A stretch of 40,996 nucleotides of DNA, taken from NCBI GenBank assembly GCA_040905425.1, contig JBBDRO010000021.1:10396-51391 (forward strand), given 5' to 3'. The translations under genes and the position numbers were made by a program. This stretch comes from Gemmatimonadota bacterium (GTDB taxonomy: Bacteria > Gemmatimonadota > Gemmatimonadetes > Longimicrobiales > RSA9). Below, piece after piece: positions 23,867 through 35,879 of this stretch (position 1 is its first letter; each line of letters starts with the position of its first letter). A model generated the notes under the pieces. That model worked only from the letters and a program-made list of their open reading frames with translations, ran no database searches and was not told the DNA's origin.

Positions 23867-26662
23867 TCATCCGCTGCCACCTCCCGCGGCCAGGGTTCGA
23901 AGCAGCTCCTGCAGCTCGTTCCAGCGCGCCCCGAAGCCCGCGAAATCGCCCACCCGGAGGCGCGCGTCGGCAGCTTCCAGGAGCTCGAGGGCGCGCGCGG
24001 GCCAGTCGGCCGTGGGCGGGAGTCCGGGAGGCTGCCGCGCGGCCCCCTCCGGCCCGTCCGCCGTGACGCCGGCACCCTGCTCACCCGCGAGCGCCTCCAG
24101 CGCCTGCCGAAGGGTGACGCCCATGGCCACATTGGTGCCATCGCTCACCACCACCCGCTGGAGCTGGGGGATCGAGCCCGCCTGCGCGGACAGGAAGAGC
24201 GGCTGGACGTAGAGGATGCGACCAGCCGCCGGAACGATACGGAGCTGCCCGTCATCCACATTGCTGCCGGCCTGCCGCCAGAGCGAGAGTTGCGCCGAGA
24301 TCTCCGGATCCTGCTCGATGATGGTCTGGATCTGCTCCGGTCCCTTGATGCGCTCGTCGCGCGGCAGCTCCAGGAGCACGAGCTCACCGTAGACGCCGGG
24401 GTCACTCCGGGCCACCAGCAGGGCGGTCATGTTCTCGCGCTCCCGGGCAATGAAGGGCACCACGACCGCGAACTCGGTCTCCGTGCCGCCCGGCAGGCGG
24501 GTCATCATCTGCAGGGGCCGATACACGCTCGCGCCGGGCAGACGGGAGGCGCCCGGCAGCTGCCAGAAGTCCTGGCCCGCGAAGAACGCGGCGGGGTCGT
24601 CCAGGTGATACTCGTCCAGAATCTGCGCCTGGGCCATCACGAACGCCGGCGGATAGCGCAGGTGCGCGCGCAACCCCGGCGGGAGCGCCGCGGCCGGCTG
24701 GATGAGCGTGGGGAAGACCCGCCGGTAGGCTTCCAGCACCGGCTCATCCTCATCCATCGCGTAGAGCGCCACCGCGCCGGTGAGCCCGTCCACGACGGCC
24801 TTCACGGTGTGTTGCAGGTAGCTGACCACGCCCACGCCGTCGAGCCTCTGTCGTGCCGCCACCGGGTACCAGGCACTCACCGTGAAACCGTCCACGATCC
24901 ACACCACGCGGCCGTCCAGGACCACCGGATAGGGCTCACCGAACGAAGCACGCGCCGGGCCGCTGCCGGTCCCCGACCAGAGGATGAACGGGGCCACCGC
25001 CCGGACGCGGTCCACCACGTTGCGCCGCAGCACGATGCGCGAGCGCTCCGTCAGTTCGCTGGTGAAGAGCAGATTCTTGTCCCCCTCCCGGACGGCGAAG
25101 AGCAGACGCCGGAGAGGCCCGCCCACGCCCACGCCGATGGGACCGGGACCGGTGGCCGCCGGGCGGGTACGGGCGAGCACGCCGGCGCTGCCGAACACGG
25201 TGTCCGAAGCCGCATCCACCAGCACGTACCCCGTCATGGTGCGCCCGAAGTAGACGCGCGGATCGGACAACGCCAACGACGGCGGCGCGGCGGGGTCGAG
25301 TCGCACCGGATCCAGGCCGCTGAGCCAGAACTCCGGTTCCGCCCGGACGGTGCGCGCGGCCGAAACGGCCACCGCGCCCCAGCCTCGCCGGTACTCGGGG
25401 TTCAGGTGCAGGGAGCGCCACGTCCGGGCATCGTCCGGTAGCCCATCCGCATCGAACTCGCGCACCGCGATCGCCACCTGCTCCGGCCCGCTCGCCGAGG
25501 GGTAGCGGTCGAAGACCACCTCCGGAAAATGGTAGTAACCGTACAGCGTCTGTACCTGGTTGAGCGCACTCTGGAGGGGTGCCGTGTCCCAGAGCGGGAG
25601 CCTCTCGAGTTCCACCGCGGTAGCCTCGGCGTCGAGCGGCGTAGTCACCCGGGGATCCCACGGGCGGCGCTCCAGCCGGTTCAGCCCGTAGGCGCGACGG
25701 CTGCCGTCGATGCGCCACGCTACGAAGGGTGCCTCACGAACCAGCTGGTTCGGCTCCACCTGGAAGCGTTCCACGAACGTGGGCCAGACCCCGCCGATCA
25801 GCACGGCCCCGAGCACCAGCCCGGCGCCCGCGCCCAGGGCCACCCACCGGCGACCGGAGCGGGCCGCGTGGACCAGCAGGCCGCCCGTGAGCAGTGCCAG
25901 GAGGGCCAGCGCCGCGTAGCCCGGCAGCCGGGCGTGCACGTCGGTATAGCCCACCCCTCCACCGAATCCAGAACCATCCAGCAGCACCAGATAGCGCGCG
26001 ATCCACCACCGCGCCGCCACCAGCACCAGCAGCCCCGCGCCCAGCCAGGCGAAGTGCTCGCGGGCGCCGCGGTCCATCTCCAGGCGATTGGCCCGCCACC
26101 GCAGTCCGCCCACGATCACATAGCCGGCCGCCACCAGGGCGGCGCTCCAGGCAAGGATGAGCAGCAGGTAAGCAGCCGCCGCCGTGAGGATGGGCAGCGT
26201 AAAGACGAAGAAGGAGATATCCCGGCCGAAGAGGGGATCCACCGCTCCCCACGACGGGGCCCTGAACCACGCCAGTACGGCCATGGCACGTGCCGTGGGA
26301 AAGGAGAGGGCGGAGATCCACCAGCCCGCGAGCACCGCGATGACCAGCAGACCCGTGGCGAGCCACCGCGGCGGGATCCGCTCCGCGATCTCCACGTTGC
26401 CGTAGCGCCGGCGCACGTGCACGGGGCCCGTGCTGCGCAGGACGAGCCAGAGGTTGAGCAGCACCACGGCCGCGCCCGCGCCGGCCACGACCAGGCGCAC
26501 CGCCAGCCCGCCCGCGAAGCGCGTCCAGAATACGGAGCCATGACCCAGGCTCCCGAACCAGAGCGCCTCGGTATAGAAGACGGCGGCGGCGCGGCCGAAG
26601 ACCAGCACCAGCAGCATGGCCGCGCCGGTGCCGATCAGCAGCCGGCGCGCGCCCGGGCTCAT
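23867..26662 (-). CDS. UPF0182 family membrane protein
   Basis: YTEALWF..LG, DPLFGRDISFFVFTLP, GYTDVHA.LP, QVEPNQ, PLWD and DRY motifs; 931 aa. Confidence 0.92.
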   Translation of the reverse strand: MSPGARRLLIGTGAAMLLVLVFGRAAAVFYTEALWFGSLGHGSVFWTRFAGGLAVRLVVAGAGAAVVLLNLWLVLRSTGPVHVRRRYGNVEIAERIPPRWLATGLLVIAVLAGWWISALSFPTARAMAVLAWFRAPSWGAVDPLFGRDISFFVFTLPILTAAAAYLLLILAWSAALVAAGYVIVGGLRWRANRLEMDRGAREHFAWLGAGLLVLVAARWWIARYLVLLDGSGFGGGVGYTDVHARLPGYAALALLALLTGGLLVHAARSGRRWVALGAGAGLVLGAVLIGGVWPTFVERFQVEPNQLVREAPFVAWRIDGSRRAYGLNRLERRPWDPRVTTPLDAEATAVELERLPLWDTAPLQSALNQVQTLYGYYHFPEVVFDRYPSASGPEQVAIAVREFDADGLPDDARTWRSLHLNPEYRRGWGAVAVSAARTVRAEPEFWLSGLDPVRLDPAAPPSLALSDPRVYFGRTMTGYVLVDAASDTVFGSAGVLARTRPAATGPGPIGVGVGGPLRRLLFAVREGDKNLLFTSELTERSRIVLRRNVVDRVRAVAPFILWSGTGSGPARASFGEPYPVVLDGRVVWIVDGFTVSAWYPVAARQRLDGVGVVSYLQHTVKAVVDGLTGAVALYAMDEDEPVLEAYRRVFPTLIQPAAALPPGLRAHLRYPPAFVMAQAQILDEYHLDDPAAFFAGQDFWQLPGASRLPGASVYRPLQMMTRLPGGTETEFAVVVPFIARERENMTALLVARSDPGVYGELVLLELPRDERIKGPEQIQTIIEQDPEISAQLSLWRQAGSNVDDGQLRIVPAAGRILYVQPLFLSAQAGSIPQLQRVVVSDGTNVAMGVTLRQALEALAGEQGAGVTADGPEGAARQPPGLPPTADWPARALELLEAADARLRVGDFAGFGARWNELQELLRTLAAGGGSG

Positions 26663-28035
26663 GGGACCCGCACGCCCTGCTTCTCCAGCCAGCCCTCCAT
26701 GGTGGCGCGGATGCGCTCGAGCCCCTCGTGCGTGCGCGCCTCGTAGCGCAGCACCAGTACGGGCTGCGTGTTGGATGCGCGCAGCAGGCCCCAGCCATCC
26801 TCGAAGAGGACCCGGACACCGTCCACGTCCACGACGTCATGGTCCGCGCTGAATTCCTTCACCGCGCGCTCCACGATGGCAAACTTCTCCTCCTCGTCCA
26901 CCTCCACCCGGATCTCCGGGGTGGACTCGTAGGAGGGAAACGCCGCCACCCGCGCCGAGAGGGGGCGCTCCGTGCGCGAGACCAGTTGGGCCAGCGCGCA
27001 GGCGCCGTAGAGGGCGTCATCGAAGCCGTAGTAGTCCTCACCGAAGCAGATGTGGCCCGACAGTTCACCGGCCACCGGCGCGCCGACCTCCTTCATCTTC
27101 TCCTTGATGAGGGAGTGGCCGGTCTTCCACATGAGCGGCGTACCGCCGTGGGCCTCGTATACCTCGGCCACGGCCTGCGAGCACTTCACGTCGAAGACCA
27201 GGGTCTGCGGGGCGCCCAACCGCTCCAGGGCGTCCAGCCCGAAGAGGAGGAGGAGCAGGTCTCCACGGACGATGGCACCGGTCTCGTCCACCGCGCCGAG
27301 CCGGTCCGCATCACCATCGAAGCCCACGCCGAAATCGGCGCCGCCCTCCCGCACCCGCTGGATGAGGTCCGCCATGTTCTCGTCCACGGTGGGGTCGGGA
27401 TGGTGGTTGGGAAAGGTGCCGTCGGACTCGCAGTACAGGGGCTCCACCTCCACGCCCATGCGCTCCAGCAGCCGCACCGCCACCAGGCTGCCGGTGCCGT
27501 TCCCGCAATCCACCACCAGCCGGACCGGCCGGGCCAGCTCGAAGCGTGCGCCCACGTCCTCGATGTATTCGTCCAGCACGTCGCGCCGCTCCGCGGTCCC
27601 CTGCCCCGTGAGGAGATCATCCTCCCGGATGCGCCGCTCCAGCTCCTGGATGGCCGCCCCGTAGATGGCGCGACCCTGGACGATCATCTTGAAGCCGTTG
27701 TACTCGGGCGGGTTGTGAGAGCCCGTGATCTGGAAGCCGCCATCCAGCTGGAAACGCGCGGCCGCCCAGTAGAGCACGGGGGTGGGCACCGTACCCAGTT
27801 CCACCACGTTCACGCCCGCCGCTCGCATGCCGCGGCTGACCGCCTCCGCCAGCGCGGGAGAGGAGGGGCGGTTGTCCCATCCGAGCGCCACGGTGAGGCC
27901 CTGGCCGCCGCCGAGGCGGCTGCGCACGTCGCTGGCATAGGCGCGACCCACCTGCTCGGGCACACGGCCCGACAGGTCACGCTCCACGATGCCGCGGATG
28001 TCGTATTCCCGGAAGATATGGCTGTTCAGCGTCAT
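26659..28035 (-). CDS. Phosphomannomutase/phosphoglucomutase
   Basis: IFREYDIRG, ITGSHNPPEYNGFK, DGDADR and GELSGH. Confidence 0.95.
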   Translation of the reverse strand: MTLNSHIFREYDIRGIVERDLSGRVPEQVGRAYASDVRSRLGGGQGLTVALGWDNRPSSPALAEAVSRGMRAAGVNVVELGTVPTPVLYWAAARFQLDGGFQITGSHNPPEYNGFKMIVQGRAIYGAAIQELERRIREDDLLTGQGTAERRDVLDEYIEDVGARFELARPVRLVVDCGNGTGSLVAVRLLERMGVEVEPLYCESDGTFPNHHPDPTVDENMADLIQRVREGGADFGVGFDGDADRLGAVDETGAIVRGDLLLLLFGLDALERLGAPQTLVFDVKCSQAVAEVYEAHGGTPLMWKTGHSLIKEKMKEVGAPVAGELSGHICFGEDYYGFDDALYGACALAQLVSRTERPLSARVAAFPSYESTPEIRVEVDEEEKFAIVERAVKEFSADHDVVDVDGVRVLFEDGWGLLRASNTQPVLVLRYEARTHEGLERIRATMEGWLEKQGVRVP

Positions 28036-28089
28036 GAGTCCTCGTGCCTGTTCATACGGGGAGGCGGCGCGCGGCGCGCGAGCGCCGCC

Positions 28090-29606
28090 TCAGAAGCCGA
28101 GTGGCCCCGCCAGGGCACCGGGCTGCCGGAAGAGGCTGGCGGCGCTACGCTCCGCCAACTCCAGCAGCTCGCCCGGGAAGATTCCGAGGAGCACCACCAG
28201 CCCCGCCGCCGCGATGAGCGCCACGCGCGTGCCGGTGGAGACCACGATCCCCTCATCGACCGCCGGCTCACCATCCCGGAACCACATGTACCATGCCACG
28301 CGGAGATAGTAGTAGTACGAGATGAGGGAGGTCATGACGAGCACCACCGCCAGCCAGACCAGCCCCCGCCCCACGGCCGCCTGCAGGATGTAGACCTTGC
28401 CGATAAAGCCACCCGTGAAGGGGAATCCGGCCAGGGACAGCAGGAAGATGGTCATGACCACGCCCAGCAGCGGTCGCGACCAGCCGAGTCCTGCGTAATC
28501 CTCCAGGTCCAGATGCGCCTCACCCCGGCGCCCCACCACCATGACCACGGCAAAGGCGCCCATGGTCATGAGCGTGTAGACCACCAGGTAGAAGAGGAAG
28601 GAGGCCGCGCCCGTGATCGTGGCCGCCGCGAGCGCCACCAGGAGGTAGCCGGCGTGCGCAATGCTGGAGTACGCCAGCATGCGCTTCACGTTGCCCTCCA
28701 CCAGCGCCACCAGGTTGGCGGCGATCATGGTGAGTACGGCCAGCCAGATGGCAAGGGCGTCCCAGACCCCGTAGATCCCCGGGAAGGCGGTCAGGAATAC
28801 GCGCAGGAAGGCGGCGAACGCCGCCGCCTTCACCGCCGCGGCCATGAGCGCCGTGACCGGTGTGGGCGCTCCCTCGTAGGCGTCCGGCGTCCACATGTGG
28901 AACGGCACGGCCGCCACCTTGAAGCCGAAGCCCACGACCAGCATGGCCACGCCTAGCACCACCAGGGCGTTGGACCCCAGCCCCTCGGGACCCAGCGTGA
29001 GGCCGATGAGCGCGATGTTGGTGGTGCCGGTACCGCCGTAGACCAGCGCCACGCCGAAGAGGAAGAAGGCGCTGGAGAAGGCGCCCATCAGGAAGTACTT
29101 GAGCGCGCCCTCGGCCGCCCGGGGATCGCGCCGGTTCACGCCGGTCAGCACGTAGATCGGCACGGACATCAGCTCCAGGCCGATGAATACCACCATCAGG
29201 TCCCGCGCCCCCGCGAAGACCATCATGCCGACCGTGGCAAAGAGGATGAGCGCGTACAGCTCCCCGCTCCGCAGCCGCTCCTCGTCCAGGTAGCGCCCGG
29301 ACATCATGAGGAAGAGCACCACGGCCAGGAGGAAGATGTAGTTGGAGAAGACGCGGAACGCGTCCACGGCGATCATCCCCGTGGGAACCACTTCCTCCAC
29401 GGTGAGAAGCCAGCCGTTGGCCACGGCGGTGGCCAGCGTGAAGCCCACCGTGAGCCAGAATACGAGCGGACTCGACGGCCCACCGCGATCCTCCCGCTGG
29501 AAGACGTCCACCAGCAGCACCACCATGGCCCCGATCGAGAGGACCACTTCCGGCAGGAGCGCCCACAGATAGTGGAGCTGCGTGCTGTAATCGATGCTCA
29601 GGACGC

Positions 29607-29610
<4 letters not shown>
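28090..29610 (-). CDS. nuoN: NADH-quinone oxidoreductase subunit N
   Basis: EGALKYF, FKVAAVPFHMWTPDAYEGAP and KRMLAYSSIAHAGY. Confidence 0.96.
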
Positions 29611-31205
<1,595 letters not shown>

Positions 31206-31209
31206 TCCC

Positions 31210-33252
31210 CTACCCCTGGAAGAACACGACGCCGATCACCAGCAGTGCGCCGAGCACCACCGCGAAGGCGTATGTGTTGAGCTGGCCGGTCTGCAGGCGT
31301 GAGCCGACCCAGCCGAAAACGCGTGCGCCCCGGCCCAGGCCGTTCGCCGCGCCATCGATCAGACCGGCGTCCACCCAGCGCCAGAGTCCGCGCGACGCCC
31401 CGAGGAGCGGCCGCACGATCACGCTGTCGTAGAGTTCGTCCACGTACCACTTGTTGTAGAGCACCCTGGCAAAGCCCCGGTGCGGAGCGGCGTCACGGGC
31501 GGTGGCCACGGCCCGGCCGCGCAGGACGATCGTGCTCACCACGATCACCGCCACCGCGATGGCAAAGGACAGCACCGCCCATAAGGCCTCACCGCCGCCC
31601 ACCGGCGCGGCGTGCAGCGCCTCCCCCACGTTGGCGGCAAAGATGCCATCGGCCACCTCCACCACGGGGTGTAGCCAGTCGTGCAGCCACTCCGAGTGCG
31701 GCACCCAGCCCAGCACGGGCAGACGGCCGATCGCGGCCGGCACGTTGATCCAGCCGCCCACGACGGACAGGAAGGCCAGCACGGCCAGCGGGATCCACAT
31801 CACCGGCGGGACCTCGTGGAGGTGCTTACGCTCCGTCTCACCCGTGCGGTTCTCCCCGTGGAAGGTCATCACCATGAGCCGCGTCATGTAGAACGCGGTG
31901 AGGATGGCCGCCACCAGCGCCATCACCCAGAACACACGGAACCACGGCTCGAAGGGACCCACCGCCCGCGCGGCCGTCTGCCAGATGATCTCGTCCTTGG
32001 AGAAGAAGCCCGCGAACGGCCACACGCCGGCAATGGCCAGGGTGGCGATCCACATGAAGATCCAGGTCTTCGGCATGTAGCGCCGCAGCCCGCCCATATT
32101 GCGCATGTCCTGGGCGTCTTCATGGCTGTGCGTGGCGTGATAGGCGTGGTGCATGGAGTGGATCACCGCGCCCGCGCCCAGGAAGAGCAGCGCCTTGAAG
32201 AAGGCGTGCGTCATGAGGTGGAAAACACCCGCGGCGTACGCGCCCACCCCCACACCGATGAACATGTAGCCGAGCTGCGAGACGGTGGAGTAGGCCAGTA
32301 CCTTCTTGATGTCCGTCTGCACCAGACCGATGGTGGCCGCAAAGAGCGCTGTGAGCGCCCCGATCCCCGCCACCGTGATGGAGCTCACGGGCGCCATGGC
32401 AAAAAGCACGCTGGAGCGTGCCACCAGGTAGACACCACCCGTGACCATCGTGGCCGCGTGGATGAGCGCGCTCACGGGCGTGGGCCCTGCCATGGCGTCC
32501 GGCAGCCAGACGTGGAGCGGGATCTGCGCGCTCTTGCCCACGGCACCCAGGAAGAGGAAGAGCGTGATGGTGGTGACCACGGGCCCGGCGTACGCAAAGA
32601 CGCTCGGGGCCGAGGCGAAGACGGTGGTGAAGTCCAGCGAGCCGACGTGCGTGAAGATCATGAACATGGCCACCAGGAAGCCGAAGTCTCCGATGCGGTT
32701 CACGATGAAGGCCTTCTTGCCCGCGTCCGCCTTCTCCCGGTCCGCGAACCAGAAGCCGATGAGCAGGTAGCTGCACAGCCCCACGCCCTCCCAGCCCACG
32801 AACATGAGCGCGAAGCTGGAGCCCAGCACCAGCACCAGCATGAAGAAGACGAACAGGTTGAGGTACGAGAAGTACCTGGCGTAACCCACGTCCTCCCTCA
32901 TGTAGCCGATGCTGAACACGTGAATGACGAAGCTCACGCCCGTGACGATCAGCGCCATGAGGATGGAAAGCGGGTCCAGCTGCAGCGCTGCGTCCACATG
33001 GAAGGTGCCCGCGGACATCCAGGTGAAGTAGGTCTCCACCACTGGCTCGTGCAGATCCGCCGTACGCAGGCCAAGGAAGTTCACCACCGCCAGCAGGAAG
33101 GCCAGCCCCACCACGGTCGGCCCGACGATGGTGGGAATGATCTTGCGCTGGGGTGCCACGAAGGCCGCCACCGCATTGATCAGGCTGCCGGCCAGCGGCA
33201 GCAACACAACGGCCCACAGGAGCGTCGGATGGAATTCGTGCACGGCGCTCAC
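31210..33252 (-). CDS. nuoL: NADH-quinone oxidoreductase subunit L
   Basis: [35 protein letters not shown] and [13 protein letters not shown] 33252 overlaps the nuoK stop. Confidence 0.96.
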   Translation of the reverse strand: MSAVHEFHPTLLWAVVLLPLAGSLINAVAAFVAPQRKIIPTIVGPTVVGLAFLLAVVNFLGLRTADLHEPVVETYFTWMSAGTFHVDAALQLDPLSILMALIVTGVSFVIHVFSIGYMREDVGYARYFSYLNLFVFFMLVLVLGSSFALMFVGWEGVGLCSYLLIGFWFADREKADAGKKAFIVNRIGDFGFLVAMFMIFTHVGSLDFTTVFASAPSVFAYAGPVVTTITLFLFLGAVGKSAQIPLHVWLPDAMAGPTPVSALIHAATMVTGGVYLVARSSVLFAMAPVSSITVAGIGALTALFAATIGLVQTDIKKVLAYSTVSQLGYMFIGVGVGAYAAGVFHLMTHAFFKALLFLGAGAVIHSMHHAYHATHSHEDAQDMRNMGGLRRYMPKTWIFMWIATLAIAGVWPFAGFFSKDEIIWQTAARAVGPFEPWFRVFWVMALVAAILTAFYMTRLMVMTFHGENRTGETERKHLHEVPPVMWIPLAVLAFLSVVGGWINVPAAIGRLPVLGWVPHSEWLHDWLHPVVEVADGIFAANVGEALHAAPVGGGEALWAVLSFAIAVAVIVVSTIVLRGRAVATARDAAPHRGFARVLYNKWYVDELYDSVIVRPLLGASRGLWRWVDAGLIDGAANGLGRGARVFGWVGSRLQTGQLNTYAFAVVLGALLVIGVVFFQG

Positions 33253-33545
33253 CACCGTAGCAGGTTGAAGTGCCGCATGTCCACGGACTCGGTATGCCGG
33301 AAGATGGCAATGATGAGCGCCAGCCCCACGGCCGCCTCCGCCGCGGCCACCGTCATGACGAAGAAGACGAACACCTGCCCCTCGATGCCCACGGACCGCG
33401 AGAAGGTCACGAAGGAGAGGTTCACGGCGTTCAGCATCAGCTCCACGCACATGAACAGGATGATGGCGTTGCGCCGCACCACCACACCGGCCACGCCGAT
33501 GGAGAAGAGGATCGCGGACAGTACCAGCGATTCGGTGAGCATCAT
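33249..33545 (-). CDS. nuoK: NADH-quinone oxidoreductase subunit K
   Basis: [19 protein letters not shown] and [15 protein letters not shown] overlap with nuoJ. Confidence 0.96.
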   Translation of the reverse strand: MMLTESLVLSAILFSIGVAGVVVRRNAIILFMCVELMLNAVNLSFVTFSRSVGIEGQVFVFFVMTVAAAEAAVGLALIIAIFRHTESVDMRHFNLLRW

Positions 33546-34075
33546 CAGACCCGCCGCTTGGCTATGAGGGCCGCGCCGACCACGGCCACCAGGAGCAGAA
33601 TACCCGTGAGTTCGAATGGCACCAGGAAATCCTGGAAGAGCGGCATGGCAATGGCGCCCACCGCGTTCAGATCCCGCACCGATGCGTCGATGACCTCGGC
33701 GCCGCCGATCGGCAGCACCGCCCCGGGCGTGGCGAACGTGCGGTAGAGCGCGAAGCCGATGAGGCCAGCGCTCACGCCGGCCGTCCCCACCCACAACGCG
33801 TTGCGCACATCCGCGTGATAGTCATGCCCCAGGTTCAGGAGCATGATCACGAAGAGGAAGAGCACCATGATGGCGCCGGCGTACACGATGACCTGGATGG
33901 CCGCCACGAAGTGCGCCTGCAGGAGCACGTAGATAGCCGCCAGGCTGAAGAAGCTCAGCACCAGGAAGAGCAGGCTGCCGATGGGGTTCCGGCTGAACAC
34001 CATGCCCAGGGCCCCGCTGATGGCCAGCGAGGCGAACACCCACCACAGGAGCTCCGCGAAGGGAAAGCCGCTCAT
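33545..34075 (-). CDS. nuoJ: NADH-quinone oxidoreductase subunit J
   Basis: [20 protein letters not shown] and PFEL. Confidence 0.96.
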   Translation of the reverse strand: MSGFPFAELLWWVFASLAISGALGMVFSRNPIGSLLFLVLSFFSLAAIYVLLQAHFVAAIQVIVYAGAIMVLFLFVIMLLNLGHDYHADVRNALWVGTAGVSAGLIGFALYRTFATPGAVLPIGGAEVIDASVRDLNAVGAIAMPLFQDFLVPFELTGILLLVAVVGAALIAKRRV

Positions 34076-34569
34076 TGTCCGAGAGGGTCGTCGGGGTCCC
34101 AGAGGGCCGTGACCGGGTGGTCCTGGGCCATGAGACGGTCCAGGTCGTAGACGAAGCGCTCACGGGTATACTCGCCGGCCTCGTAGTCCTGCCCCACGTG
34201 GATGGCTTCCACCGGGCACACCTCCTGGCACATGCCGCAGAAGATGCAGCGGAACTCATCGATCTCGTAGACCACGGGATACCGGTTGCCCTGGTCATCC
34301 TCGCCGGGCACGAGCCGGATGCAGTTGGCCGGGCAGATGGTGGGGCACAGCCCGCACGCCACGCACTTCGGCCGCCCGTCGGCATGCACTTCCATGCGGT
34401 GCGTCCCCCGCCAGCGCGGCGCGAGCGCCGGCTTCACGTCCGGGTACTCCAGGGTGTTCTTCCGGGTGCGCACCAGATGCCGGAAGGTGAGCGCCATCCC
34501 CCGCATGCTCGCACGCAGATAGGACGTGTTCTCCTGTGGCCGTCGCACGGTTCTGACTCCGATGGCCAT
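34072..34569 (-). CDS. nuoI: NADH-quinone oxidoreductase subunit I
   Basis: CVACGLCPTICP and CIFCGMCQEVCP. Confidence 0.96.
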   Translation of the reverse strand: MAIGVRTVRRPQENTSYLRASMRGMALTFRHLVRTRKNTLEYPDVKPALAPRWRGTHRMEVHADGRPKCVACGLCPTICPANCIRLVPGEDDQGNRYPVVYEIDEFRCIFCGMCQEVCPVEAIHVGQDYEAGEYTRERFVYDLDRLMAQDHPVTALWDPDDPLGQ

Positions 34570-34577
34570 GCCTTCTC

Positions 34578-35879
34578 CTACTTGTTGGTGGCGGCGGCGG
34601 GCCGCACGGGCGCGGGCTCCACGGCAACGCCCCGCGCCATGCGGCCGGCGCGCAGCGCGCGCACTTTCTCGGTACCGTAGCTGCCGCCGATCACCCGGTC
34701 GCGGTCCACGAGCCAGAAGAACAGCGCCATGCAGACCAGGTTCACCGCCGTCAGGATGAGTCCGTAGAGGACGCCGTACGGCAGGCCGAGCCCATCCAGC
34801 ACCAGCACGCTCGTGGAGATCACCACGATGAACGCCAGAGCCGACGGCAGGACTACCTTCCAGCCCAGATGCATGATCTGGTCATAGCGGAAGCGCGGTA
34901 CCGTCCAGCGAATCCACATGAACATGAAGACGAAGAAGAGCGTCTTCAGCACGAATGCCAGGAAGGTGAGCAGCGTCTTCCAGACGGCCGGCTCCGCCCC
35001 CATCACCACGCCGGGCGCGATCACGCGCATGTTGTCGAACGTGAAGAACGGGATGTCCCAACCACCGAAGAACAGGGTGGCCATGAGCGCCGCGGAGGTG
35101 AGCAGGTTGGCGTACTCGGCCATGAAGAACATGCTGAACTTCATGGAGGAGTACTCGGTGTGGTAGCCCGACACCAGCTCGGATTCGGCCTCCGCCACGT
35201 CGAACGGCAACCGGTTGGTCTCGGCCAGCGCGGAGATGACGAAGAGCACGAAGGCCAGCCCCAGTGGGAAGGCCAGCCACACGCCCAGCTCCTCCTGCTG
35301 CGTCCACACGATGTGCGTCAGGGTCACGTTGCCGGCCAGGATGAACACGGGGATGAGGCTCATGCCCAGGCCCACCTCGTAGCTCACCATCTGCGCACTG
35401 GCCCGCAGCGCGCCCAGGAAGGCGTACTTGTTGTTGGAGGACCAGCCCGCCATCACGATCCCGTAGACGCCCAGGCTGGCCAGCGCCAGCAGGAAGAGGA
35501 TGCCCACGGGCACGTCCGCCACGATCATGTCCACCACGCCCCACGGCGTGGGCAGCGGCGCGGCGAACGGCACGATGGCGAACACCACGAAAGCGGGCGT
35601 GAGCGCGATCATGGGCGCGATCCAGAAGAAGACACGTGACGCGGCGCCCGGGTTGGTCTCTTCCTTGGCAAAATTCTTGAGCCCGTCAGCAAAGGGCTGG
35701 AGCAGCCCGCTCGGGCCCACGCGGTTCGGCCCCAGCCGGTCCTGGATCCAGGCGGCGATCTTGCGCTCCAGCAACGTCAGCATGGCCACCGTCAGCAGGA
35801 CCACCACGAAGGCCACGCCCACCTTCAGGACCGTGATGATGGCATAGGCCCAGCCGGTAAGCTCTCCTACCTCGTGCAT
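34578..35879 (-). CDS. nuoH: NADH-quinone oxidoreductase subunit H
   Basis: ERKIAAWIQDRLGPNRVG and AETNRLPFD..EAESELVSGY. Confidence 0.97.
   Translation of the reverse strand: MHEVGELTGWAYAIITVLKVGVAFVVVLLTVAMLTLLERKIAAWIQDRLGPNRVGPSGLLQPFADGLKNFAKEETNPGAASRVFFWIAPMIALTPAFVVFAIVPFAAPLPTPWGVVDMIVADVPVGILFLLALASLGVYGIVMAGWSSNNKYAFLGALRASAQMVSYEVGLGMSLIPVFILAGNVTLTHIVWTQQEELGVWLAFPLGLAFVLFVISALAETNRLPFDVAEAESELVSGYHTEYSSMKFSMFFMAEYANLLTSAALMATLFFGGWDIPFFTFDNMRVIAPGVVMGAEPAVWKTLLTFLAFVLKTLFFVFMFMWIRWTVPRFRYDQIMHLGWKVVLPSALAFIVVISTSVLVLDGLGLPYGVLYGLILTAVNLVCMALFFWLVDRDRVIGGSYGTEKVRALRAGRMARGVAVEPAPVRPAAATNK

Noticed and set aside
21418..24066. 882-aa plus-strand ORF and similar long ORFs (2572-4440, 26728-28956, 31681-33567 and others)
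   Set aside because: These are antisense shadows of well-supported minus-strand genes, expected in high-GC DNA, and carry no recognisable motifs.
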